Shown here: positions 27,630 to 35,612 of the stretch, in pieces
How positions within the stretch are numbered: position 1 is the stretch's first letter
Layout of the letters: each line of letters begins with the position of its first letter
Assembly: GCF_016278385.1 (NCBI RefSeq)
Contig: NZ_JADQBY010000003.1
Location: 641 to 64,640 of the forward strand
Length of the DNA stretch: 64,000 bases
Origin: Methanolobus sp.
GTDB lineage: Archaea; Halobacteriota; Methanosarcinia; Methanosarcinales; Methanosarcinaceae
Direction of reading: 5' to 3'
Notes under the pieces: generated by a model
What the model was told of the DNA's origin: nothing
What the model saw: the letters and a program-made list of their open reading frames with translations, nothing else
The model's database searches: none
Program-made: the position numbers and the translations under genes

Positions 27630-27836
27630 ATGTTATACATGAACTCCATGGGTTATATTCAAAGCGGTGGTTCAAGCTCTGACGCTGATCTTCAGAGCCT
27701 GCGTGAGCATCCCACTATAAGGGATTTTGCCTCGATGCCGGAGGATATTTACCGTTTAGTGACGGCGACTAATCCGACGTTGAAGCTTTTTGTGGACCTG
27801 GCCAAGGAGATCTGCGCGGGGGGTGTTGAAGAATAA
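27630..27836 (+). CDS. hypothetical protein
   Basis: 68-aa ORF. GGAGG at 27623-27627 favours the second ATG at 27639. No motif was recognised. Confidence 0.4.
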   Translation: MLYMNSMGYIQSGGSSSDADLQSLREHPTIRDFASMPEDIYRLVTATNPTLKLFVDLAKEICAGGVEE

Positions 27837-27895
27837 CCCCTCCTGTTAATATCGACAACATTCCTGCAGAACTTAAGGAATGTCCACAGTGGGTC

Positions 27896-30580
27896 ATGTG
27901 GAAATTTGTGCAGAAACCAGGTAAGAAAAAACCAGATAAAGTTTTATTCACGGTTGAAAACAAACCAGCAGACTCCACAGCCCCCGGGACCTGGAACATA
28001 TTTGAAGCTTGCATTGAAGCTTTCGACCCAAAGATATTCAATGGTATCGGTTTTGTTTTCTCCTATTATGACCCATATATGGGAGTTGATTGGGATAATA
28101 TCAGGAACCCCGAAACCGGAGAATGGGAGAACGGAACACTTGAAGAGATCAAGCGGTTTGCAAGCTATGCGGAGATCTCCCAGAGTGGAACGGGTGCACA
28201 TGTTATTTGCAAGGGAGAGAAACCGGGGAGCAAGTGCAGGCGTGGAAACTATGAGATGTACACACACGATCGCTTCTTTGTGGTTACAGGAAACCACCTA
28301 GAAGGAACGCCAGATACCATAAACGAAGCACCGCCTGAAGCTATCAAGGCTGTTTATGATAAGATAGATCCACACCGTGAGGCATGCAAGTCCCCGCGAA
28401 ATGGGAGTAAGGAGAGCTGTAACCAGGAGGATGAAAAGGTCATTTCTCTGTTGATGGGCTCATCTATTGCAGATACATTCGAATCTCTGTGGGATGGAAG
28501 CACAGCCGGATATCCTTCAAACAGCGAGGCAGATTATGAACTTGCTAAACTGATAGCCTTCTACACTCAAGATGAAGTCCGGATTGAAAGACTCATGAGA
28601 CAGTCGGGCCTTGCTCGCAGCAAGTGGGATACTCACCCGACTTATCTTAAGGCTACCATTGGGAACGCCATAAGCAGTTTGACAAAAAGATATACACCCC
28701 CCTCAGTGGAAGGAAGAGAGCAAAGCGAACAACAAGCCACGAACGATGAAGAAACCGACCCGCTGATTAAAGAGGCTGCCGACATGATAGCCAGCCGAGA
28801 GAATCCTGTTCAGTTCATTCTTGATACTCACCAGTCTCTGCATGTGGGGGACCTCGAACTTGCTAAGACCTTACTTGTATCCGTTGGCGTTCAGTCGGTT
28901 CTAAACGCGGACGGCATCCAGCCCAAGGTGAGCGGGGAGTCTGGTAAAGGAAAGACACACTGCTGTAAAGCCATGGCTCACCTTGTGCCACCTAAATGGA
29001 TTTTTGAAACAACACTATCAGACAAGGCTATTTTTTACATGAAGGGGCTGAAGGATGGCAGTATCATCTTCTGTGATGATATTGATCTATCTGAAACACT
29101 GGAAGGCGTGATCAAGCGTGCGACCTCCAACTTTCAGACGGGGACCACATACACCACCTTGGACATTAAGCGAAGAGAAGAAACAAAGAGGATACCCTCC
29201 AGGATATCTTGGTGGCTCACTTCGGTGGACGATGACCAAAGCCTGCAGCTGTTAAACAGACAGTTCGGCGGGGGCGTGGACGAGTCAGAGGAACAGGATA
29301 GAAAGGTTGTGGAGTTCCTGTCAAAAAAGGCCGCATCTGGTGAAGTTGGCCTACCCCTGAACGATAGCGTACTGATCTGCAGAGAGATCCTCCAGGACAT
29401 AAAGTCAAGCAATTTCATTGTGAAAATCCCCTTTGTAGAAAGGATTACATGGAGAGATACCAGGAATCGCAGAAACTATTCTATCTTCCTGGATATCTTG
29501 AGGGGATATACAGTTCTTCGACATAGACAAAGGCAGAAAGACCAGGAAGGCGCCCTAATAGCAGAAGTCCAAGACTTCAACGATGCTAAGGCACTGTATA
29601 CTAGGAGGGCGGAGAACCAGGGACTAAAGCTAAGTGATGCGGAGATGCGGCTATGTATAGTACTTGCTGGCAGGGGAGAAGCTACCCGGGAAGAAATTGC
29701 CAAGGCTCTGGGTAAATCCGTGGGCAGAGTATCACATCTAATTTATGGAAAGGATAGAAACAAAGATGCGGGCCTCCTCCATAAAGTTGAGGGATTCTAT
29801 GTTGAAAAAAGAACAGTTGAGAATTCTGTAGGCCACAAAACACAGAAGACATATCTAAAACTCGATGGATTCGACGCCCTTGGAATGTTTGGCTCGGTTG
29901 TGTCTCTTGATGTGGGTGATACGCACTGTTACACGACTGATACACACACTGATACTCCAATAATCAGTAACAATACATACACTGATACCACTGATACCAA
30001 TATAGATAGAGTACAGCAAAAAAAACCCAATTGTGTGAAAAATGAGAAATCTGATTCTTTACTTACACAAAAGTCAAACCAGTGTATCAATGGTATCAGT
30101 AGTTCGCAAGATAGTGAAAAGCTAGGTAACAGTGGTAGTAATATTGCTGGTAACAGTGCATCAGCACCCCCGCTAGATATCGGTAATACCGGAAACACCG
30201 CTATGCAGGAACACTTGTTGGCTTGGGCTCCGCGGTGGGAATCTTCCCATAAAAAGAGCATCAATCGCCTCAACGTGACCCATGTAGCAATGGAATACTG
30301 CAAGAGGTATAGTGTGCCTTCTGACAAGTTCACTGAAGTTACTGATACCATTAGACGGTATGCTAAGATACCCACCGAAAGACCGATGTCTGGTCCATTG
30401 AATGTAGAAGGTGAACAAACACAAGCCTATTGTGCCGACTGTGGATCCACCAGTGCCCCTAACACTTCCACTCTCATAAATGGCCAGGTAGAGCATCGTT
30501 GCCATACCTGCTATCAAAAGTATATCAACCGGGCATCTGAACACCCGAATCAGCCTGAACCTGTGGAGGCCCCGCTATGA
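27896..30580 (+). CDS. replication protein: PrimPol-type primase-polymerase + PriCT-like domain + P-loop (SF3-like) helicase + wHTH/Zn-binding tail
   Basis: PQWVMWKF...KKKPDKVLF...STAPGTWNIFEAC...SQSGTGAHVICKG...YEMYTHDRFFVVTGN (primase-polymerase). ADYELAKLIAFYT...SKWDTHPTYLKATI (PriCT-like). SGESGKGKTH Walker A with IIFCDDID Walker B. C-terminal CADCGS...HRCHTC. Confidence 0.85.
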   Translation: MWKFVQKPGKKKPDKVLFTVENKPADSTAPGTWNIFEACIEAFDPKIFNGIGFVFSYYDPYMGVDWDNIRNPETGEWENGTLEEIKRFASYAEISQSGTGAHVICKGEKPGSKCRRGNYEMYTHDRFFVVTGNHLEGTPDTINEAPPEAIKAVYDKIDPHREACKSPRNGSKESCNQEDEKVISLLMGSSIADTFESLWDGSTAGYPSNSEADYELAKLIAFYTQDEVRIERLMRQSGLARSKWDTHPTYLKATIGNAISSLTKRYTPPSVEGREQSEQQATNDEETDPLIKEAADMIASRENPVQFILDTHQSLHVGDLELAKTLLVSVGVQSVLNADGIQPKVSGESGKGKTHCCKAMAHLVPPKWIFETTLSDKAIFYMKGLKDGSIIFCDDIDLSETLEGVIKRATSNFQTGTTYTTLDIKRREETKRIPSRISWWLTSVDDDQSLQLLNRQFGGGVDESEEQDRKVVEFLSKKAASGEVGLPLNDSVLICREILQDIKSSNFIVKIPFVERITWRDTRNRRNYSIFLDILRGYTVLRHRQRQKDQEGALIAEVQDFNDAKALYTRRAENQGLKLSDAEMRLCIVLAGRGEATREEIAKALGKSVGRVSHLIYGKDRNKDAGLLHKVEGFYVEKRTVENSVGHKTQKTYLKLDGFDALGMFGSVVSLDVGDTHCYTTDTHTDTPIISNNTYTDTTDTNIDRVQQKKPNCVKNEKSDSLLTQKSNQCINGISSSQDSEKLGNSGSNIAGNSASAPPLDIGNTGNTAMQEHLLAWAPRWESSHKKSINRLNVTHVAMEYCKRYSVPSDKFTEVTDTIRRYAKIPTERPMSGPLNVEGEQTQAYCADCGSTSAPNTSTLINGQVEHRCHTCYQKYINRASEHPNQPEPVEAPL

Positions 30581-30966
30581 TACCTTCCTGCCTCTACAGT
30601 TCTCCCAGTGAAGCTGGTGGCCCAGAACTCTTGGAAATCAATGCACATTTCATTGTATACTGTGTAGCTTCCCCTGAAGAGCAGGCCATCCTTCTCTACA
30701 AGGTAGACGTGACAGAAAAGGATGTTCTGGGCTTCTATACCTTGGCCGATGTTCCGGATGAGGATCTTGTGCTCGTCCAGATACTGAACGCGGATCTCAA
30801 GTATTGGCTCATATTCTATGGAGTTCCAGAGCCCGGTGGCCTGGAATGGTGGACAGTAGTGGTGAATCACCGTGCAAGACCAATCAAGGAGAAATGTGCA
30901 GCCATGTACTACCGGTACGCTGCGATCAGTGAGGAACTGTTCCCGGGGGAAACGGTGGTATTGTGA
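30577..30966 (+). CDS. hypothetical protein
   Basis: 129 aa with an ATGA overlap with the primase gene and a GTGA overlap downstream. Confidence 0.5.
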   Translation: MIPSCLYSSPSEAGGPELLEINAHFIVYCVASPEEQAILLYKVDVTEKDVLGFYTLADVPDEDLVLVQILNADLKYWLIFYGVPEPGGLEWWTVVVNHRARPIKEKCAAMYYRYAAISEELFPGETVVL

Positions 30967-31202
30967 GAAACGTCCAAGACCTCTCCGCCGAAGAACGTGA
31001 GAAGATCCTGCAGGAAGCAAACCTCAGGTGTTACGGTGAGATAGCCGAGGAGCTGGATATCCCGGTCGGTACAATCAAACGAGTGATTCGAACTCACAAT
31101 GGCAGGATGAAGAGGTATCAATATAGTGATAACTACCCTACTCAGAATAAGCCGTTAAGAACCGAATCACACAAAAAAGAAGCACTAAGAGGCATTAGAT
31201 GA
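30963..31202 (+). CDS. small HTH protein (sigma-70 region-4/LuxR-like helix-turn-helix)
   Basis: LSAEEREKILQEANLRCYGEIAEELDIPVGTIKRVIRTH. Confidence 0.55.
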   Translation: MRNVQDLSAEEREKILQEANLRCYGEIAEELDIPVGTIKRVIRTHNGRMKRYQYSDNYPTQNKPLRTESHKKEALRGIR

Positions 31203-31471
31203 CCGAAAAAGACGACATTGACACCCAAACTTTAAAAAAAATGTCAAGAGAACAGCTCCTTGAAGTTTCAACCAGGATGATAACGGATATTGAGCAGCGC
31301 GTGAGAGGTGACCGCTTCCGGGTCAGAGAAGGAGATGAGACTAAACTGAAATTCTTAAGAGTGTTGGTTTCAGCTATTCAAGCACATTCATCCATTCTTA
31401 AAGATGACGATCTCGAAGACATTAAGCGCAGACTCGAACACATCGAAGCAGCCCAGGGGGGACAGATATGA
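31199..31471 (+). CDS. hypothetical helical protein
   Basis: 90 aa, charged and helical, with overlapping start and stop on both sides. Confidence 0.5.
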   Translation: MTEKDDIDTQTLKKMSREQLLEVSTRMITDIEQRVRGDRFRVREGDETKLKFLRVLVSAIQAHSSILKDDDLEDIKRRLEHIEAAQGGQI

Positions 31472-32112
31472 GCACAGTAACACTTAGCAAACAACTCGAT
31501 AAAGTAGTATCAAACCTCACAGTTGAGGATCAAGCAGTTTATACCAGGAAAGTAGGAATCGATCTATTTAAAGAGATGAAAGCAGGCAACATCCCAGAGG
31601 ATGAACTTGAACATCGTTTTGATGTGGTTTTATCCAAGATCACTGATACGATGGAGTACGTTGATGCGGTTCGTTTTATCGAGGCCCTGCACAAAGATGC
31701 TATCCGAGTAGCCATCGAAGCATACAAGGAAATGGACCGTAATCACAAGATAGCAGTGATCTGTGGCATAGATGCCACTCGCCGTTTCCTTGAGGAGATA
31801 CTCAACCACGAGGCCACACAGAGCGCATGGCATGAGGACAGGCTATATCATGCTTATCCTGCCGACAAGGCCGTGAGACTCGTAGAAGAAGATATCAAAG
31901 AACGCAAGGAGGCAATGCTCCCAATATTCCAGGGACTTAAGCAATCTGAACAAGAAAGGAATGAACTGCTTAACCCTAAATTATGGGAAGGTCTGGGCGG
32001 AGTCCCTGAAATAGAACCATATCAGACCTTGCTTACTAAGAGAGTTCGGCGGATATGCCCCGATTCTCGGTTATTGCCTGCCAGTTTTGCAGATGCCGAT
32101 GTAAGTGTGTGA
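31468..32112 (+). CDS. hypothetical protein
   Basis: 214 aa, translationally coupled to the upstream ORF. No motif was recognised. Confidence 0.5.
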   Translation: MSTVTLSKQLDKVVSNLTVEDQAVYTRKVGIDLFKEMKAGNIPEDELEHRFDVVLSKITDTMEYVDAVRFIEALHKDAIRVAIEAYKEMDRNHKIAVICGIDATRRFLEEILNHEATQSAWHEDRLYHAYPADKAVRLVEEDIKERKEAMLPIFQGLKQSEQERNELLNPKLWEGLGGVPEIEPYQTLLTKRVRRICPDSRLLPASFADADVSV

Positions 32113-32169
32113 GCTCAATTCCTGGGCTCTCTGACTTTTTAAGAGCCATGTTCACTGGGAGGCAAAAAC

Positions 32170-32682
32170 ATGTTTCTCTGTCATTCCTATCATGAAGACA
32201 GCTACGGTGTCATTTGCACCAACAAATGTGAACATCGCTTGACCTGTCAAAAGCCAAAGAGGTCTCTTATGATCCCCGCGGTGAGCATCGTGTGCGGGTC
32301 AAAGGGAACGGGCGAGGAAGCCGGTGTTAAGGCCGAGTGTTTCAGCATCGAGGAAACACAACCAGATGCCTATATCAATGATCTCATATTTTACGGCCAT
32401 GATTCTTCTGATGTGCTTGAGATCACCTGTGCAAAACCGGGGTGTAATAACCGATTCCACATGACGGAATCACAGTGGAACAAGTTCAACGATGTGTATT
32501 ATCGGAAGTACGGCCGGTTCATGCTTCCTTACTGTTCTAAACAATGCCAAGAAGAACACCTTCGCCTGTTGCTGCCTGGTAAGAAAATTGTGTTAGTTTT
32601 TGTGGATATCGGGAAGGACAGAAAGTGCAACACATCGGTTGTTTTCGATGACCCACTGCATCACGCGGTGGTAACCCAATAA
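32170..32682 (+). CDS. Cys-rich hypothetical protein
   Basis: 170 aa with several Cys pairs (CTNKCEHRLTC, CAKPGCNN, YCSKQC). Confidence 0.45.
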   Translation: MFLCHSYHEDSYGVICTNKCEHRLTCQKPKRSLMIPAVSIVCGSKGTGEEAGVKAECFSIEETQPDAYINDLIFYGHDSSDVLEITCAKPGCNNRFHMTESQWNKFNDVYYRKYGRFMLPYCSKQCQEEHLRLLLPGKKIVLVFVDIGKDRKCNTSVVFDDPLHHAVVTQ

Positions 32683-32725
32683 TTTCAACCTTCCTTTATA
32701 TAGGTGGTACGTACCACACGTAGGT

Positions 32726-32878
32726 ATGTATGACCGAAACCAGTGGGCTCAGGTCTTGCTTCCCAAGTCCATCCGTAGAGACATACGCGAGATCGCACGC
32801 TCCCAGAAGATGAAAAACTGGGAAGTCGTCGGTCTTGCCCTCCAGGAACTAAAATCAAAGCAGGTGACCACCGTATGA
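32726..32878 (+). CDS. 50-aa RHH-like micro-protein (not in ORF track)
   Basis: Own translation: MYDRNQWAQVLLPKSIRRDIREIARSQKMKNWEVVGLALQELKSKQVTTV*. The stop overlaps the ATG at 32875. Confidence 0.45.
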   Translation: MYDRNQWAQVLLPKSIRRDIREIARSQKMKNWEVVGLALQELKSKQVTTV

Positions 32879-33288
32879 ATATGAACGCAAAAGCACAGCC
32901 CGTCCTCGAAAGGATCAACCAGTTTACACAAGACTTCAACGTCCTGTTCAAAGAAGCAGTTGAAAGCACTCGCCAAGAGATCCGGGGCCAGGAACACAGA
33001 GAGGCTATGGAAAGGCTCTATGGTCCACGTGGCATTCTCTCGAGTTACCAGACACTCAAAGTCAACAGAGAGAACGCCCGGTTTGTTTCAAAGATTTTCA
33101 AATTAATGGAATCTCTCGATGATGTGAAGGCCGACAGCACAGAGACAATCCATTCACGTGGAAAAGAGCACGGGTTCACTGTGGAAGAAAGCATGTGTAT
33201 ATACAACATGAACCTGTATGCCAAGGCCCTCAGCAATCTCGGTGCACAGAAAGACAAGATGGTCGAGATCATCTTGGCAGAGGAGTGA
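32875..33288 (+). CDS. hypothetical protein, paralog of 33328-33744
   Basis: The shared C-terminal block GKEHGF(x)...Y(x)YAKA appears in both proteins. Confidence 0.5.
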   Translation: MNMNAKAQPVLERINQFTQDFNVLFKEAVESTRQEIRGQEHREAMERLYGPRGILSSYQTLKVNRENARFVSKIFKLMESLDDVKADSTETIHSRGKEHGFTVEESMCIYNMNLYAKALSNLGAQKDKMVEIILAEE

Positions 33289-33327
33289 ACAGGGACATCC
33301 CTACTGATTTCAATTCGAGGAATTACA

Positions 33328-33744
33328 ATGAAAACCAACACCAAAACACTTGAATCAAAGTTCGAGGACTTCAAGAAGGATGTCCTGGCAGAGTATCAGG
33401 AAACTACCCACAAATTCCAGGAAGAGGTCAAAGAAAAAGAATTTATGAAAGGCCTTAAATCTCTCGCGGACACCCTTCCAGACATCGAGAATCTGCCGAT
33501 CACAAAGACCAATGCGGATACTGTTGTTAACGTGTTCAAGCTCCTGGACCGTTTCCAGAAGAATCCCGACACCTACACTACGAAATGGGATGAGCTTGCA
33601 GTTGAGCTTGCTGGAAAGGAGCACGGCTTTGACAAGAAGATGTCGTACTCACTGTTTTACATGGCCAGGTATGCCAAGGCTCACGAGAGGCTGACATCCA
33701 AGAAGACAGAACTCTACCAGGTCATTACCGGGGTGAATCTGTGA
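33328..33744 (+). CDS. hypothetical protein, paralog of 32875-33288
   Basis: ELAGKEHGFDKKMSYSLFYMARYAKAHERL compared with SRGKEHGFTVEESMCIYNMNLYAKALSNL. Confidence 0.5.
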   Translation: MKTNTKTLESKFEDFKKDVLAEYQETTHKFQEEVKEKEFMKGLKSLADTLPDIENLPITKTNADTVVNVFKLLDRFQKNPDTYTTKWDELAVELAGKEHGFDKKMSYSLFYMARYAKAHERLTSKKTELYQVITGVNL

Positions 33745-33920
33745 GCAACGACGAAATCATCCAGCGAGCCGTCAAAAATGCTCTTGATGACTTCCACCAG
33801 CAGAAGGGGGAAGCGCCTATAAGGTCCGAGGTGTCAAAGCACTTAAGAACCGATGAATACGTAGCTCCCGAAGGACTCGGTGTGTCTGGGATCACCGTGA
33901 CTGTGGATAAAAAACACTGA
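33741..33920 (+). CDS. 59-aa hypothetical protein (just below the ORF-track cutoff)
   Basis: The GTG overlaps the upstream TGA. Own translation: VSNDEIIQRAVKNALDDFHQQKGEAPIRSEVSKHLRTDEYVAPEGLGVSGITVTVDKKH*. Confidence 0.35.
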   Translation: MSNDEIIQRAVKNALDDFHQQKGEAPIRSEVSKHLRTDEYVAPEGLGVSGITVTVDKKH

Positions 33921-33932
33921 ACCAAGGCAGCG

Positions 33933-33967
33933 GAGGCACCCGAAAGCGTGGTGGCAGGGGGTGCCTC
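33933..33967 (+). terminator. 9-bp GC-rich hairpin closing the element's + strand operon
   Basis: GAGGCACCC-(17 nt)-GGGTGCCTC, 13 nt after the last stop codon. The downstream T-tract is weak. Confidence 0.4.
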
Positions 33968-34147
33968 AAAACTATTTCTTAACTGTTTTTCAGGTAATTG
34001 TGATATAATGGGTCTATATCCTGCCGGTTCTATATTTAATTCTACATCTGCTCGACAAGTATCGAGAAAACTATAGTACCCTCTTTTCGGATCTTAAAAA
34101 ATAAGGAAAATCACCATCCATAAAGGACGGTGTATAAAAAATTTATT

Positions 34148-34162
34148 AGTACATCAGCCGGG
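34148..34162. repeat. attR core AGTACATCAGCCGGG
   Basis: Identical to 22049-22063. It is the reverse complement of the tRNA-Gly 3' end (…CCCGGCTGATGTA). Confidence 0.8.
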
Positions 34163-34221
34163 ATTCGAACCCGGGTTCGAGCGTTGGCAACGCCCGGTGA
34201 TGACCGCTACACTACTGATGT
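34150..34221 (-). tRNA. tRNA-Gly(GCC)
   Basis: Manual cloverleaf on the reverse complement: ACATCAG/CTGATGT acceptor, anticodon loop TTGCCAA, T-arm CCGGG-TTCGAAT-CCCGG. 72 nt with no encoded CCA. Confidence 0.8.
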
Positions 34222-34233
34222 TCTTAGATTAGG

Positions 34234-34307
34234 TGCCCAGACCCGGACTCGAACCGGGGACAACTGCCTCTTCAGGGCAGCGCTCTCCCAAACTGAGCTA
34301 CCTGGGC
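34234..34307 (-). tRNA. tRNA-Phe(GAA)
   Basis: Reverse complement GCCCAGGTAGCTCAGTTTGGGAGAGCGCTGCCCTGAAGAGGCAGTTGTCCCCGGTTCGAGTCCGGGTCTGGGCA. Anticodon loop CTGAAGA. Confidence 0.9.
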
Positions 34308-34371
34308 ATAATGACCCGAAGCACCTAAATGTTGCTTTTAGATTTAAATTTATCTGTTACTGAACTGCTTG

Positions 34372-34448
<77 letters not shown>

Positions 34449-35015
34449 ATTGAACAGTTAGCTAATGTCTGTAAACACCTTGCTGCATAACGGCACTTAA
34501 GTGCTATTATCGCATGCCTTGGCGCTTACCAGCACCCCACATAATGCATAATAGATAATAAACCTTTTGGGTAAACAGACACAACATGGTCATTTACCAT
34601 ATAAAGAACAATCTTTCTTGTAATTATCAAGCAATATTTCCTTTACTGCGACAGCAAGATATTAGATGGCCAGAGATGAAAAACCATTTGTACCAACACA
34701 TAGGACGCGTGACAATAAAAATTTATTATATCCAATCTCACCATTTGCCTTTAAAGCACAAGATGATAGCATCCCCCCTCCTCTGCACATCGGTTAATCC
34801 TTTATTCATAAAACCATTTTATTTGATAATCTTGAATGTATTTAAATTTCTATTCAATGATGAGGCATAATTATCGAACATAGATACATTCCATACCATG
34901 AATATCTTAACACTCAATCACATGGGGCCATGACCAATCCATTACAAAATAGATTCATGTGCAGAGACATGAATATAAAAAATGAACATAATAAGTGATG
35001 AATAAATTAAATAAT

Positions 35016-35462
35016 TCAGCCACTGTAGAAAGTATCGGGTGTGGCACTGGCGCCAGAAATAGTTCGCGTAGAACCATCCGGGTAAACTAGTGTCAGCACC
35101 TTTACAGTGGTACCAAGTTTATGAGAATCATGGAGATAGAATTCATCATTTTGACGAGAGACATTGTTAACTAAAATGACCGCCTGATCGTTTCTAAGCT
35201 CAATTACCTCAATATCCCCAAAATCAAAGAAAAGGTCGTCAATAGCAGGTTCCAGATTATGTGCACCCAGCAGGAATACATACATACCGGAGAACATATC
35301 CAGGCCATAGGACACTGAAATAACTGCATCTGTGCCCTGAAATCTCATTGAAACGTGATTAACTTTTATATATTCCTCACCATTTGAAATGATATCATAA
35401 TTAGCTGAGAACGATAAAAGAGAGAGAATCAATGCAAATATCAGAAAAACTGTCAGCTTCAT
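35016..35462 (-). CDS. secreted hypothetical protein
   Basis: N-terminal signal peptide MKLTVFLIFALILSLLSFSA. 148 aa. No motif was recognised. Confidence 0.55.
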   Translation of the reverse strand: MKLTVFLIFALILSLLSFSANYDIISNGEEYIKVNHVSMRFQGTDAVISVSYGLDMFSGMYVFLLGAHNLEPAIDDLFFDFGDIEVIELRNDQAVILVNNVSRQNDEFYLHDSHKLGTTVKVLTLVYPDGSTRTISGASATPDTFYSG

Positions 35463-35612
35463 TTCATATCATATCCAGGGGCAAAAAATGCATAGTTTCT
35501 TATATCCTGATACCACTATATTCATATTAACTTTACTCACAAGTTAAATATAAAATAAATTTGATTTACATAATTATAAAAACCGCCAAGTATATATTTT
35601 GTACGTACAACT

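Larger units (their letters stand above)
22049..34162. mobile_element. integrated element (~12.1 kb; integrative plasmid or provirus) in the 3' end of tRNA-Gly(GCC)
   Basis: Perfect 15-bp direct repeat at both ends. A tyrosine integrase sits just inside the left end and a PrimPol-helicase inside. Visibly higher G+C, and GGAGG ribosome-binding sites on several + strand genes (27133-27139, 27623-27627). Confidence 0.8.

Noticed and set aside
27810-27840. Programmed -1 frameshift fusing ORF 27630-27836 to the primase frame
   Set aside because: The primase frame only opens at 27830, after the TGA at 27827-29. That leaves just GAA-GAA-TAA for slippage. There is no X-XXY-YYZ slippery heptamer or obvious downstream structure.
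29929-31020. Minus-strand ORFs 29929-30375, 30173-30544 and 30550-31020
   Set aside because: They lie entirely within or antisense to the primase-helicase gene and its coupled downstream genes. They are low-complexity translations with no start-site support.
34130-34363. 77-aa + strand ORF
   Set aside because: It runs antisense through tRNA-Gly and tRNA-Phe. The amino-acid string simply reflects the tRNA sequences.
34586-34870. 94-aa + strand ORF in the tRNA-flanking spacer
   Set aside because: It gives an AT-rich, low-complexity translation with no ribosome-binding site and no motif. It is probably non-coding promoter/spacer DNA.
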